Source of the DNA: Adineta vaga | Taxonomy: Eukaryota > Animalia > Rotifera | Direction of reading: 5' to 3' | Assembly: GCA_021613535.1 (NCBI GenBank) | Contig: CP075492.1 | Coordinates: forward strand, 10,912,001 to 10,976,000 | Length of the DNA: 64,000 nt | Part shown: piece by piece, positions 25,953-38,165 of the stretch | Numbering within the stretch: position 1 is the stretch's first letter | Layout: the number at the start of each line of letters is the position of its first letter | Program-made: the position numbers and the translations under genes | The notes under the pieces: generated by a model | What the model was told of the DNA's origin: nothing | The model's database searches: none | The model's input: only the letters and a program-made list of their open reading frames with translations

Positions 25953-27327
25953 TCAAACCATGATCGAAGAATAAAATATATGAAAGCAAATAATACTAAG
26001 CATCCACAAGATGTACACTAAACTATAATGTTGATGGTTTGCCAAATTGTTCGTTGTTTCATAACAATCAAACATTTGAGTAAGCAATGTGTGAATTGTT
26101 TCTTTCACTTGTGCTGCTTCATGATCTGCTCTCGTGAGATCTCCATTCGTTAATATAATAACACCTAAATCTCTTTTTTCATTTGCCATCATTGTAGTAA
26201 CAATACCAGGCAATGATCCATCATGTCCAACTAAAAGTCTTTTTCCTACAATTGGCCAATTCCAGATAAGACTAAATTTAGTTGTTGATATATTCATATA
26301 ATCTTGTTGAGGAAAAACATGAAGCATTTCATCAATTGAACTTGAATTGTGTAAAAGAGTGGAAAAATTATTCATAAATGATCGAAAAAAGATACTCAAT
26401 GTATGAGCTGACATACGTAACATTCCAGCTGGATATATACTCGAGCTGAAAAATGGAGCGTACAACCAATCTGAAAAGTTTCCAGCCTAGAGAAAAAGAA
26501 GATGCGCAATACTAGATCAATAAATTGAACTTTACCTGTATAATATTCAATTGTGGTCCCATCTGTTGAAATTGTTGAAGATATGAAGCATTATGTACAT
26601 AATGGCCAACAAGAGTTTCTTGGTTATCTTCAAAAGTTTTCAAACGAAAACTAGCCTTTTTCTCATCAATATTTAATGGTTTCAAGATTTTTTCATAAAC
26701 ATATTGTTCATAGGACATTCCAGCTAGACGTCCAATGATGAATGCTGCCAAACTAGTGCCCACATTTGAATAGAATGTAATATTTCCTGGTACGACAGGT
26801 AACCAACTTTCTTTATGACTTAAATAATCGTTAATTACATCACCAAGATTAGTTTGTGTAAAATCATCACCAGGAAGATAATGTTTTAATTCTTCAACTA
26901 AATTTGGTCCAATTCCAGCTGTATGTGAAAGTAAATGTCGTGTTGTGAGTTTTACATTCGGATGATATGGATGAACAATTCTTATCGAAGGCGATAGATA
27001 CTCATTGATATCTGTGTCGAGATTTAGATGATTTGATTCAACCATTTGCATAGCTGCTACACATATGAATGTTTTTGAAATTGATGCTAGAACAAAAATT
27101 GATGATGATGTATCGATGAGTCGACGTGAATTTGAAATCGGTGGAGAATGATAACCAAATGCTTGTTCATAGATAATCTCGTTTCTATTGACAACAATGA
27201 TGGCAGCTCCAGGAATGTATGCTCCATCGAGAAGATTTTGTATCGATGATATTGTTGCAGGACATTCAGATACAACTGAATCTACTTGAATTAAAATCAG
27301 GATAAATAAAAAACAAACTACCGTCAT
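25953..27327 (-). CDS. Secreted or surface-anchored beta-lactamase-fold serine hydrolase (AmpC/PBP/esterase family), ~441 aa
   Basis: SxxK (ASISKT), LLSHTAG, YxN (FYSNVG) and GHDG motifs. Signal peptide from the ATG at 27327. One 49-nt GT-AG intron (26535-26487) joins the two ORFs in frame. Hydrophobic C-terminus. Confidence 0.88.
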
Positions 27328-27608
27328 GATAATATAAAAGCTTTTTGACACAATCTTTTAGTCATTCTTTTCTATTCAAATGTCGTTATCTTACATACTA
27401 TTGGTCATATAGCTTAAAATAGAGTAATTTAAGATAAATATAAAACTTAATCTTTATCGATGTTATTAACTACCTAGATATGTTACACTGCTTTTGTACG
27501 ACTTATTTTCATGTAGAAAATGAAAGAAGAATATCAATATATCCGATAGAAGAACATCATGTATTCTTTATTTAATAATAAAATATTCAAATATGTCGAT
27601 CAGTACTA

Positions 27609-29198
27609 CTACATATATGTTCTAATAATATCTCCTTCATAGGTTCTACGTATGATTTTAACCATTGTTCTATTTTTCATTTGAAACTTATCGAATATAT
27701 CTTCAATATCTTCTAATAAGACACCTCGTGTTTCTGGACAACAAAGATAAACGAATAAAATAGCAACTAAAGTTAATCCACTAAAAAGATAAAAGATTCC
27801 ATGAATTCCTAATGGATTAATTAATTCAAGAATATAAGCCATTATTATACCCATTAACCAATTACTTCCTGTTGCTAATGCTACAGCTTTCGTTCGAACA
27901 TTTAATGGATAAATTTCAGCTGCATAAATCCAAGCAATTGGTCCCCAAGAAACTGCAAAAAATGCCACGAAAACGACCGTAGAAATCAGCATTAATATTC
28001 CAGCACTCGGATTACAGGTAACAATTTCTTCATTTCCTATCGTACCATTCATTACCTTTTTCATAACACTACAACCAGTTACAAATACTGTTGCAGCAAC
28101 TAAATGACCTACAACCATACCAAAACCACCAATGATCAATAAACAACGTCGTCCTAATCGATCAAATAAAAATAAAGCTGGTATTGTACTTAATAGATTA
28201 ACACCCGATAAGATTAATAATGAAATAATACCCTTTCCAAGGACATTTTCATAAATAATTCCACCAAATGTAAAGATTGGATTGATACCTGTTGTTTGTT
28301 GAAAAACATGTATACCTACTCCAATAGCTAATCGTTCGATCATTTTTTTACTTGTACATAATTCTTTAATAGAAACTTGATTGCCTTCGTCTCGAATAGC
28401 ATCGGAAATAGCATTTAATTCTGTTGTTACATCATCTGTTTTACGAATACGTTGTAAACTTCTCTTTGCTGCTTCACGACCTTTCTTTTTAAATAACCAT
28501 CGAGGAGTTTCCGGACAAAGATATATACCAATTATAATTATAAGAGGAGCAATAAGAATAATTCCATTGGATAATCTCCAACCCCATTTATGAGTTTGAA
28601 GAAAATAATTAACTACATTAGCAGCAAATAAACCAGTAACAACAGTTAATTGCATGAAACCAGAAAGCATTCCACGAAGATGTGTTGGAGCAATTTCTGA
28701 TGCATACAATGGACAAGAAAATGATGAACAACCAACACCTGTTCCTTCGATAATACGACCAAAAAGAATTAAAATCATGATCTTTTTTGAGCCACCAGGT
28801 GGAAAAATAACTAACGATGTTCCAATTGTAAATAACACTGCTGATGTAAGAATGATTGCTCGCCGTCCAAATCTTTCCGCTACGAATGAAGAAATAAATA
28901 ATGCACCAATAAAACATCCAACATTGTATAATAGTGTAAAAAATATTAAAAACTGTCGATAATCGGCAGGTAATGAAGCAACTGGTAGATCACAAATACT
29001 TTTATTACCGTAAACACCAACACAAAAATCATTCTTAAATGAACTCATGACGACAATACCACCTGTAACACCTTGATCATAACCAAAAAACCATCCACCC
29101 AAGGAAGCAAATGCGGCTAATAGTACAGCAAAATATGTTTTACCAGATTGTACATTTTTATGTTGTTGATGAATTTCACTAATCGTTGTTATTGTCAT
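27609..29198 (-). CDS. MFS sugar porter (hexose transporter), intronless, 529 aa
   Basis: GGWFFGYDQG, ERFGRR, SEIAP.HLRG, PETPRWL, QQTTGIN, DRLGRR, SWGP, EIYP and PETRG sugar-porter signatures. Confidence 0.95.
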   Translation of the reverse strand: MTITTISEIHQQHKNVQSGKTYFAVLLAAFASLGGWFFGYDQGVTGGIVVMSSFKNDFCVGVYGNKSICDLPVASLPADYRQFLIFFTLLYNVGCFIGALFISSFVAERFGRRAIILTSAVLFTIGTSLVIFPPGGSKKIMILILFGRIIEGTGVGCSSFSCPLYASEIAPTHLRGMLSGFMQLTVVTGLFAANVVNYFLQTHKWGWRLSNGIILIAPLIIIIGIYLCPETPRWLFKKKGREAAKRSLQRIRKTDDVTTELNAISDAIRDEGNQVSIKELCTSKKMIERLAIGVGIHVFQQTTGINPIFTFGGIIYENVLGKGIISLLILSGVNLLSTIPALFLFDRLGRRCLLIIGGFGMVVGHLVAATVFVTGCSVMKKVMNGTIGNEEIVTCNPSAGILMLISTVVFVAFFAVSWGPIAWIYAAEIYPLNVRTKAVALATGSNWLMGIIMAYILELINPLGIHGIFYLFSGLTLVAILFVYLCCPETRGVLLEDIEDIFDKFQMKNRTMVKIIRRTYEGDIIRTYM

Positions 29199-29716
29199 CG
29201 TTTTTATTTACATCCAATGCCTTTTCTTCCAACGAAAGTAACAGAAACTTTTGTTGACTGTCAATAAGAAAATGTGTTTTCAACGTATAGATCATTTCAA
29301 TTACTCATTATTCAAAAGACCATAGTTATCTTCTTGCCATTATAGTGATCTATTCATTTATTTGACTTTTAGATGGAATGTTAGATCTAAGAAATAATGT
29401 CATGATTTATTCAATTATTACAAAGATCTTTATCAAGTAAATATTGCATCGAATGAAATAAAATAGAGAAAAGTCTGATTCATTGAATGTTTTCTTCTAT
29501 AAATACTTTTCAAATAAAACTTCATATTAGATATATCAACGATGGAAATATGACTCAAATGCCCTACTTTCAAGTGATATGGTGTGATGAGATATTCTCA
29601 TCACAAATGAAAGATAAATTTCAACAAATATTTACTTTTATTTTCTCTCGATCAACTATAAATGCAATGACATTTTTAGTTATTAATACCTATACAGAAC
29701 GATTCAAATCATACAA

Positions 29717-30516
29717 ATGTCTTACCACGTCATTACGATCATCATATTCAGTCTTATAATCGGTTTAAATGCTAATCCATCGACATTACATACAAATGAA
29801 CCAGAACGATGTTGTGTACCAAAACAGTTTAGTTCACAAATAAGTACATCCAATGGTGTTCAATTACCCGATGGTAAAACTGCTGGATCATACGTAAGTT
29901 ATCGTTATGAGGATCGTTATCATCGATAGTACATTCTCGATATTCAATAGGGATATTATAATTTTTCATATGATTCATATCGTGGTATGATTGGAATGAA
30001 AGGTGTTTCATTTTCCATACCAGATCAACAAAAATCTAATCTATGGATTATTGAGAATATGAATGGTGGTCAAATTTATACAATCGATCAAGATACGAAA
30101 CGATGTTATAAATCAACGATGCCAATTAAACCACTTCAATGCATTCCAGGTAGATTTAGTTCACATTCGAGATATATTTTGATTTGATTTTCTTATTTTA
30201 GATTCGGCAACTTATTTACATACAAACATGTATGGATATGGTGATAAACAAATCATTGGTGATACATGGTTGGTAAAAATTGATGAAGTAATTAATTATG
30301 TAACAGTGAGTCGTGATAATTTTTGTGTTCCATTGAGTGGACATGTTTTTCTATCGAATCCAGGTAATAATCAAATTTTTCTTATTATTTTAGAAAGGAT
30401 TCATTCATTTATTTATTTTAGCTGTCATCACTGCTATGACAACTTCTGATTTTCTACCAAGTATTACTGATCCAAGTATTTTCGATATTCCTCCAGAATG
30501 TGACACTACTCTCTAA
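29717..30516 (+). CDS. Ependymin-related protein (EPDR family)
   Basis: Signal peptide, CCVPKQF, FSYD, C.K...CIP|DSATY, CVP and terminal DPSIFDIPPEC. Four exons; TAA at 30514-30516. Confidence 0.85.
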
Positions 30517-30858
30517 ATTGCGTCTCTTTTTATACAAAAAATAAATTTATAAACGGTATACATAGTCTCTTTCGTCACCTGTATGCCGAATGAGAACGAC
30601 ATGAACAGAGACATTCATTCAAGGTGATAGAATTTGCAAATCGATTAAGAAAAATGTCATACATCGGACAAGTTTACACCCAGTCACTTTTGGTAAAACA
30701 TTACATTAAACGATATTCTATTCAAATCATGTTGTGTTACATAGTGTGAAGAAAAAAAACATAAAAACACATGTACATGCTTCTTTTTCTGTTCTTATTA
30801 TTTTGTCTGAATTCGATAAAAAATATAAAGCACAGCACATCGTGAAGAAAAGTGTAAT

Positions 30859-31326
30859 ATGAAGTTTCAATTCAATCATCAAATTGTACTTTCATCAGTT
30901 CCTATTGACTTGGCTTTTGAACGTCTCACTTCTGCATCACATCTTGAACAAGTCACTAGATTGTCTGAATCAGTCACCGATTTTCAACTGCTTTCAAATG
31001 AAAATGATGTATTACGTTATCAATTTGTCGACAATATCTCCATGCTTTCTGGATTGGTTAAGAAGAGTATAACCACTGTAGTAAAACAATCACGAGATCG
31101 AAATAAAAAGACTACATTATCTGAAAGTGATGTTGATCAAGGAACAGTAACTATCGTTAAATGTCGTTCATTAAAACCAACAGATGACGGTGGAACATTA
31201 GTCTTAGAGACAATCGAAGGTGAATGTTCAATGTTACATCAACCATTTTGCAAACAACAAGGATACAAAGCTCTAGTAGAGCACATGAACAAATATCATA
31301 CACTGTTCAATGATGTTAAAAAATGA
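30859..31326 (+). CDS. Intronless 155-aa protein, probable SRPBCC/START-like (Bet v1) fold
   Basis: Clean ATG-to-TGA ORF with an AATAAA right at the stop. The pattern of N-terminal strand, helix, several strands (DGGTLVLETIEG) and long C-terminal helix fits SRPBCC. The fold call is inference. Confidence 0.6.
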   Translation: MKFQFNHQIVLSSVPIDLAFERLTSASHLEQVTRLSESVTDFQLLSNENDVLRYQFVDNISMLSGLVKKSITTVVKQSRDRNKKTTLSESDVDQGTVTIVKCRSLKPTDDGGTLVLETIEGECSMLHQPFCKQQGYKALVEHMNKYHTLFNDVKK

Positions 31327-31884
31327 ATAAAATACATTCTAGTAGAATAATTGTTTATGTACAATAATATGTGTAATGTTATTCGTATGAATTTCTTTCT
31401 AGAATATAAATATAGGAGAAGAAGTTAAGATTAATATTTAGTTATGCAAAATATCCTTTAGATTTCATACCTTTCATTTAATTAAGCAACTGTATTGAGG
31501 GAAAACAATCAGGAAATTTCTATTTATGTTTGTCTCTCTTCACATAATTTAGAAAAATAACTTTGTAAAGAAATAAGAAGCAAATACACAAGTTTTTGTA
31601 CTAACATCTACATGAATTATTCTTATTTGATATATAGGTTAAGAAAATTTAGACATTAAGGCAACAAGCATGACTCTTGCCAATCTACATTTATACTGTT
31701 CACAAAATATGAAAATTTTATTATTAACGATATTATATATTCAAGTAAAGAAAAATAATTTCTAGAATATTATATATCTTTGTTCAAAATGATCTAAAGA
31801 ATAACAATCGAAATATGAGAATAAATCGAATCAATGTATCCTACCTTGGTCGTCGTTGTCAATAAAAAGAAGACTTCTATATTA

Positions 31885-33117
31885 TTAGTGTTTATGGCAA
31901 ACATGATGATTACTATTATATTTTTCAGAAACAGATGAATTGCCATTCTTTTTATCTATGTAATGTAAAATATCTCTAAACAAACAAGACATTTTTAGTT
32001 TCAGAATTCAAGACTTAAAGATATATATATATATATACTACTTACTGCACAAGTGTCTTGTAACTTTTTCTATCACTACAGAGTATCATAAAGTAATTCG
32101 CTTGTGGTTCACTCGTAAGATTTCGAACTACTGAACAGTTCATACAACATGGTAAACAGTAAATATTACGCCATTCGACATCCTAACAACAGAACAAAAT
32201 ACAACTTGATCATTTATTTCATTGGATAATGAAAATAAATATCTACTTGAATCTCTCTTGTATCTAACTGGAATTTAAAATTATTCTGTGTAACAGAAAC
32301 GATAAAATAGTAGTGTGTGATCGATTTATTGTCCATATATACATCTTTCCTGATAGGTTTTATCTCCTTTACCATATCGTCCAGCATAGTGTCGTTTAAT
32401 CCGAGTTCCTCAGATACCTATATTGGAAAATAAACAGATTAATATGAAGGAAAATTTAAATAGATTTGTTTTACTTCACGGATTGCACATTCTTTAATGT
32501 TCTCGTCAATATTTATTTTTCCTTTAGCGTATCCATATTGAGGATCATTATTTTTATAGTATTTTGTTAAAAGAACCTGAATATAATAATGCAATCGATA
32601 TTCTTTCCTGCAAATATGTTTTAAAGATAACATACTTTGATTTTTCCTGATTCTTCAAAGAAAATTATAATAATACCGGCTCGCGGACGTTGTTCTCGTT
32701 CATTGCACCACAAATTCCACATCTTTTTTGGTACATTATTCGTTCCTTTTCTAACTTCCATATAGTCTATAAATGTATGAAATATAATGACAAAAAAATA
32801 ATCTTATTTCATAGAAATTTACCATCGTTTTCCTCATCTATGTTCCTCATCTTGTAAAGTTTATTTAATATAGTTTGAATTGCTAAATAGAACAAATATG
32901 AATGAAAATATTGAATAACGAAGACAAATAACGAACCAAGAATGGTTTTTCCCATCTTTCGTTCGTTGCAATCATTTCTAGTCGCTACATATGTTGAAAC
33001 GTTATCATTGTGTATCGGTTGATACTTCTCATCGATGTTAATAAATTCATTGAGTACTTCTATGTATTCTCTCTTTTTGCAAAGCATCTTTGATGAACCA
33101 ACATACTGGGCGATCAA
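31885..33117 (-). CDS. Divergent DCP2-like Nudix hydrolase; 5' exons uncertain and may extend to ~33900
   Basis: Splicing 32576-32475 to 32417 builds a perfect Nudix box GKINIDENIKECAIRE|VSEELGL (GX5EX7REUXEEXGU). Flanks PRAGIII and REIQ|DVEW...LPC...NYFM echo DCP2. Stop at 31887-31885. Confidence 0.75.
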
Positions 33118-34559
33118 ACTAAAAATGAAAATAAGATATTGAGATAAAAAAATTAGTTAAACACACCATCCGATTCGCATTTTAAACTCTTTCGACGGTT
33201 TATATTTTCCATTACGACTAAAAGGCATGGCTTACTATTCAAGGTGGAATATTTCAAATAATGATTTTCATAAAAGTTTGATAAAATGACATCATTTCTG
33301 ATCAATAACAACAATGGATTTTTCCCAATGTAGCATACCAGCACTCATAAATGAAATTATTGGACTGGATTGCAAGAATTTTCTGACTAAAAGAAAATCT
33401 TGTAAATAACCAGAAATTCGTCATCAACGCCAGAATATGAAGCAGTTAAAAATCGAAATTATTATAAAAACAAAGCAGATGTCTCTCATTATTATTATTA
33501 AAAAATGTAAACAGCTGTGACGAATAGATTTTTTTGAAAATTTTTGTTTCTTTACAAAATAAGAAGAAAAATCTTCATATTGATTTTGTCGCTGATTCAT
33601 CTGTTAAACACTTACCACAGTGATTATTCAATACATTATTGTTGGATTTTTGCGGGTGTAACATGAGATCCTCATCTTCTCTCACAGCGTGTACTGAAAA
33701 AAGGTAGTAAATAAAAATTAACAAAGTCGAATTTCTCTTGAAGGAGATTAGATATGCTTTGCATGTCAGAATATTCAATGCGCTAAATTGAACCTTGTCT
33801 ATCTAAAAGTAAATTGTAGACAATTTTTTTCTGTTTATCACAAGCAACGGCATTTCAATCCATTTAGAGTTTTTATTTCATACCATGTTTTTCATCGGTT
33901 TAAGGACGATCGTTCTTTGATTGAGTAAATAGAGAAATTCTGCATTTTTATTAATCTTGTTATTGAAAAAGTCAAACCTTTCAATCGTAAATAAAACTCT
34001 TCAAGATTTATTCTCTATTAGCATCATTTTCTCGTTAAAAAATTAACATCCACTTAATATTGTTAAGTTGTTGCTCTGTGACGCATACATATACATTAAC
34101 TATGACAATGATTGACACTATCAAAATAACAGTTACATTTATGGGCTCTTCTCGATGAAGAAAATGTAAATTTCTATGTAACGGTCGATAAAATAATGTT
34201 TATTTTTCATAAAAATTTGTTTGTCGACATGTTGAATGGCATCTAAAGGAAACACCAATGACAAAATATGATGCTTGAGTAAGAAAAAAAGAGAAGCTGG
34301 TAACAATTTAATAATTCCTAAAATTTGAAAAACGATTGATATTCAACTCTCGAAAATGTGGCAAAGAATTAATCATAACATCACTACTGTAAGTAATCAT
34401 ATATGATTTCATTTCAATTATTTGTCTTAAATAAAAACAATTGACTACTAAAACAGATGAATCTGTGTGTAAATGAGTTTCTTGTTGTTATTGACGGCCT
34501 TGTTTTCACTTTCATTAACATTCATTTCTATAATTAAAAACAAAACATTTCTTAACTAT

Positions 34560-34572
34560 ATCGTTAGGCAAC
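34560..34572. promoter_or_regulatory. X-box-like site ATCGTTAGGCAAC upstream of ANKUB1
   Basis: Strong GGCAAC half-site ~90-100 bp before the ATG. Confidence 0.4.
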
Positions 34573-34661
34573 ATTTTATGTTGAAGAACAATTTTAGAAA
34601 ACAAAGTGAAAAATAATTCATTTTCTTGTCTTTATAGGAAACATCCATTGCTTTCAAAGAC

Positions 34662-37140
34662 ATGCGTTATTTTGTCTATTATCCTCCGAAAGATTCCATG
34701 CGATTAATTGATGTTACTGAAACTGCTCGTGTAGAAGATATACTTGCCTTAGTGAAAAAAGAATTTGATCTTAATACTCAAGATAGTAGTTCTGGTGAAA
34801 TTTCTATTGTTCTTAGTTATAATGGTTCGGATTTAAAACCAAAATGGTCTTTATCTGAATTGAATATTCCATCGGGATCGATCATTCGTTGTCTATATCG
34901 TGAAAAGAAAGCTGCTGATCTCTATGTTCATTGTAGTTATAATAAACAAATTTTTAAATTATTTGATTCAACAATAACAATTAACACAACAATTGGAACA
35001 ATACGAAAAAATCTTTCAAATCGATTAGGTTTACCATTGAGTGTATTTTGTCTTGAAACCTATGATGGTAAACAACGTTTGTATGATCAAATGAAATTAT
35101 TTGATTACGATTTAAAACCTCATGCTCATCTCTATTTAAAAGTTTGGCAAGGTTATGAAAAATTTATCAATGCATGTATTAAAGGTTTTACAGAACGATA
35201 TGCACATGATGATCTTACACGACAATATCAAATACAAATTGCTCTATACATAGCAGCATTTCATGGTTCGATTTGTTAAATAAATAATTTTCCTAGAGAA
35301 TTTTATTGTTTGATTTTAGGTCATATGGAATTAGCAAATTCTGTTTTACAACATAGTGGTCGTAGTGATCGTCCTGTTGGTGAACATCCATCTCGACAAT
35401 GGTCAAGTGAATCAATCAATGAAGAATTTCCTGAAATGTCGAAATGTCCCATCCATATCGCTGTCGAACGAGGACATGTTAAACTAGTTGATCTCTTTGT
35501 TCGACAATCAATTTTATGTACACAAGTTCGTGATCCAATTACAGGTAGTTTACCTTATATGATTGCATTAGCTCATTCATTAGCGGCAACAAATAAACAA
35601 GATAAACAACGTTATCGTGTTATTTACTATTTTCTTTTTGATAAACAATTTAATCTTAAAATTCCATTGAATTCTACCGGTGAATATGTTTCTGATTTAT
35701 TAACTTCGAATATTAGTACAAAGGCAGTTCATCATACATCAGCAAATCATATCTGTGTTTCATTACCATTCTATTATAAAATCATTCGGTAAGGAAGTAA
35801 ATCCATGATCAATCAAAGAATTTAATCCGTTTTTCTTTTCATTATAAAGTTGGTGTGAACGTGCACGTGAAAAAGCATGGAAAAAGTATGGTGGACAATT
35901 TCTCACTTCAAATCAAAGCAAACGTGTTTATCCTGAACGAGGTTTACTTGGTTATAAAGTATTAATCGACGGTTTCAATAATACATTCGAATCACCTGAA
36001 GAACAACTTCGACGTGTACGAAAGAGTACACCTTTGAAATCTGACGATGTTGATCGATGGGTTAGTTTTAACGAAGACGAACGACAGAAAATTCTTAAAA
36101 CTAAATTATTTGTAAAAGCTATTGCTTTAAATGAACGTAAACGTACAAAACAAATTGCAGCTGCTAATCTTCAACGAACACGTCGTCCAGCATTATTACT
36201 ATCATCACCTCGGAAATCAGTTCATCCAAATAAACAATCGTCAGTCATATCCGATAGTATTTATTCTTCATCCATTATATCAAATAATCTCAAACAATCG
36301 AATGTTATATTACCAGATCTAAAAACATATGAATCAATTTCTGAAAATGATATCGATTCAACAGTTGATTTTACATCATCAATACTATTCAATGCTCCAA
36401 CAAAACTTCGACATACAGAAAGTAACGTTGACAATTCTACATATATACCAAAATCAGTTCAAAAACCCAAACTACCTCCAATTCCATCGATTACAATTAA
36501 TGAAGAAAAAAACTCAATGTTACCATGTATTATTACTCCACCATTGAAACCTTCGACTAGTTATCCATCACTAACACAAAGATCAGAATCAATTTTCACT
36601 GTGAATAAACTAAACGATCAATATCAAATCAGCATGACATCGACTGAGGCTTATGCAATAGCAGCAGTAGGTATCAATCGAGAATTTCAAGAGAATCTAG
36701 AAACGAAACGGAAAGCATTATACTCACAAATCAAACAATCTGTCGATGATATTCCAGATGTTTATCCAAAGAAAGCATCAAATTTTCTTTCTGTACCAAA
36801 GCCTGTCGAACATCAATCGATTGATATCGATACGCATATTGCTTTACCCGATCATCCAACAGTACAACGTTTAAATCCAATTAAATCACATAAAGATGTT
36901 GATGTACGACAATCGACTGTTCAACCTTATGAACGTTATGCAAGTGCAACAACACGATCAACGGCTGTCAATTGTTTACAAGAAGCCGCTTATTTTAAAA
37001 GAAAATCATGGCTTAAACAAGTTGAAATTAGTAAAGAAATGGTTAAAAATCAAGTGAAAAGACGTATTCGTCGTGCTGATATAGGAAAAGTTCATTTAGT
37101 ACCTATTCGTACAAATCATCGAAAAACATCACCTGATTGA
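34662..37140 (+). CDS. ANKUB1: Ankyrin repeat and ubiquitin domain-containing protein 1
   Basis: Two ubiquitin-like domains, then ALYIAAFHG|HMEL, VGEHPSRQW and SKCPIHIAVERGHV, matching remembered ANKUB1. Three exons. Confidence 0.85.
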
Positions 37141-37292
37141 CATGATTTTTTAAAATTTATTAGTTTTTTTTCTGTTCTGAATAAAAAGAAATCATACATT
37201 TTATTTAAAAAAAAGAAGGGTTTTAGTATTGGGTAGGTGTTTATATTAATATAGGTACCTTTATTTTGTTCGTCAAGAAGAATAATAATGAA

Positions 37293-38165
37293 TTATGAAC
37301 ATGTATGACAAACTAAACAATATACATATTTTAATTTTGTCTTTTATCTTTTCTTGACTTACCTAATGCAGAACCAAGTTTTCTACATGGTACGTTAAAT
37401 AATTTCTTACGACATCGATTACAACGTGCGCAATCCAAATGATAATACCGTGTATCATGTTTAAAAGCATCTTCTTCACTGGTTACAGGTCGTGTACATT
37501 TATCGCATATAGGTATTCGACCTGCTTGATCGCATTGAACAGGAGTGATTTCACCATAACTACTATCTAAACGTGGTGCATGTTCTTTGCCTTGATACAT
37601 GCCAGTGACATGTTTCGAACATGTTAAACATTGATAACGTCCATCTAACATATCGACAAAATTATGACCTAAATAAAGTTTGTCTTTACATAGTAAACAA
37701 AGTTGTAGATTAATTACCATCAGGTATAACTGCCATACATTTGCAGCAGCTGTAAAAAAAAACAGAAGAAGAAATGAATAGATAAATAAACAAGAATATT
37801 TACCGAAAACAATCGCTATGATAATGACGATTCTGAAATCGTTTTGCTGTTGTGCCAGATGGAATCTTCTGATTACACATCGAGCAACTAGAAGAAAACT
37901 TATCTTATCTTTGATTAGATGATGTTTTTGAAACATACATAGGCGCAAGTGAATTATTACAATTTTCACATTGAAATTGATTGTTGGGTTTCGGATAAAA
38001 CGGTCGTCCTGCTAATGTATTCCCACACTGTGAACAACAGAAACATTGCGGATGATAATATCGTTCTTGATAGATTTGCATGGCATCTCGTGGAGTAAAA
38101 ACTTTTCGACATGCTTCACAAAACGTTTTTGTCAATGGACGATTTGTTGTTGGACCACTCGACAT
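37293..38165 (-). CDS. LIM-only protein with three LIM domains
   Basis: LIM1 CEAC..HPQCFCCSQC..CENC; LIM2 CSMC..HSDCFRCCKC..CLTC; LIM3 CDKC..HLDCARCNRC..CHTC. Short terminal exon VCHTCS*. Confidence 0.88.

Noticed and set aside
27324-27365. Upstream ORF whose TGA overlaps the beta-lactamase ATG (ATGA), like bacterial translational coupling
   Set aside because: A 13-codon ORF is easily produced by chance, and it may lie outside the transcript.
28381-28962. Overlapping and antisense ORFs within the sugar porter
   Set aside because: Shadow frames of a long real CDS.
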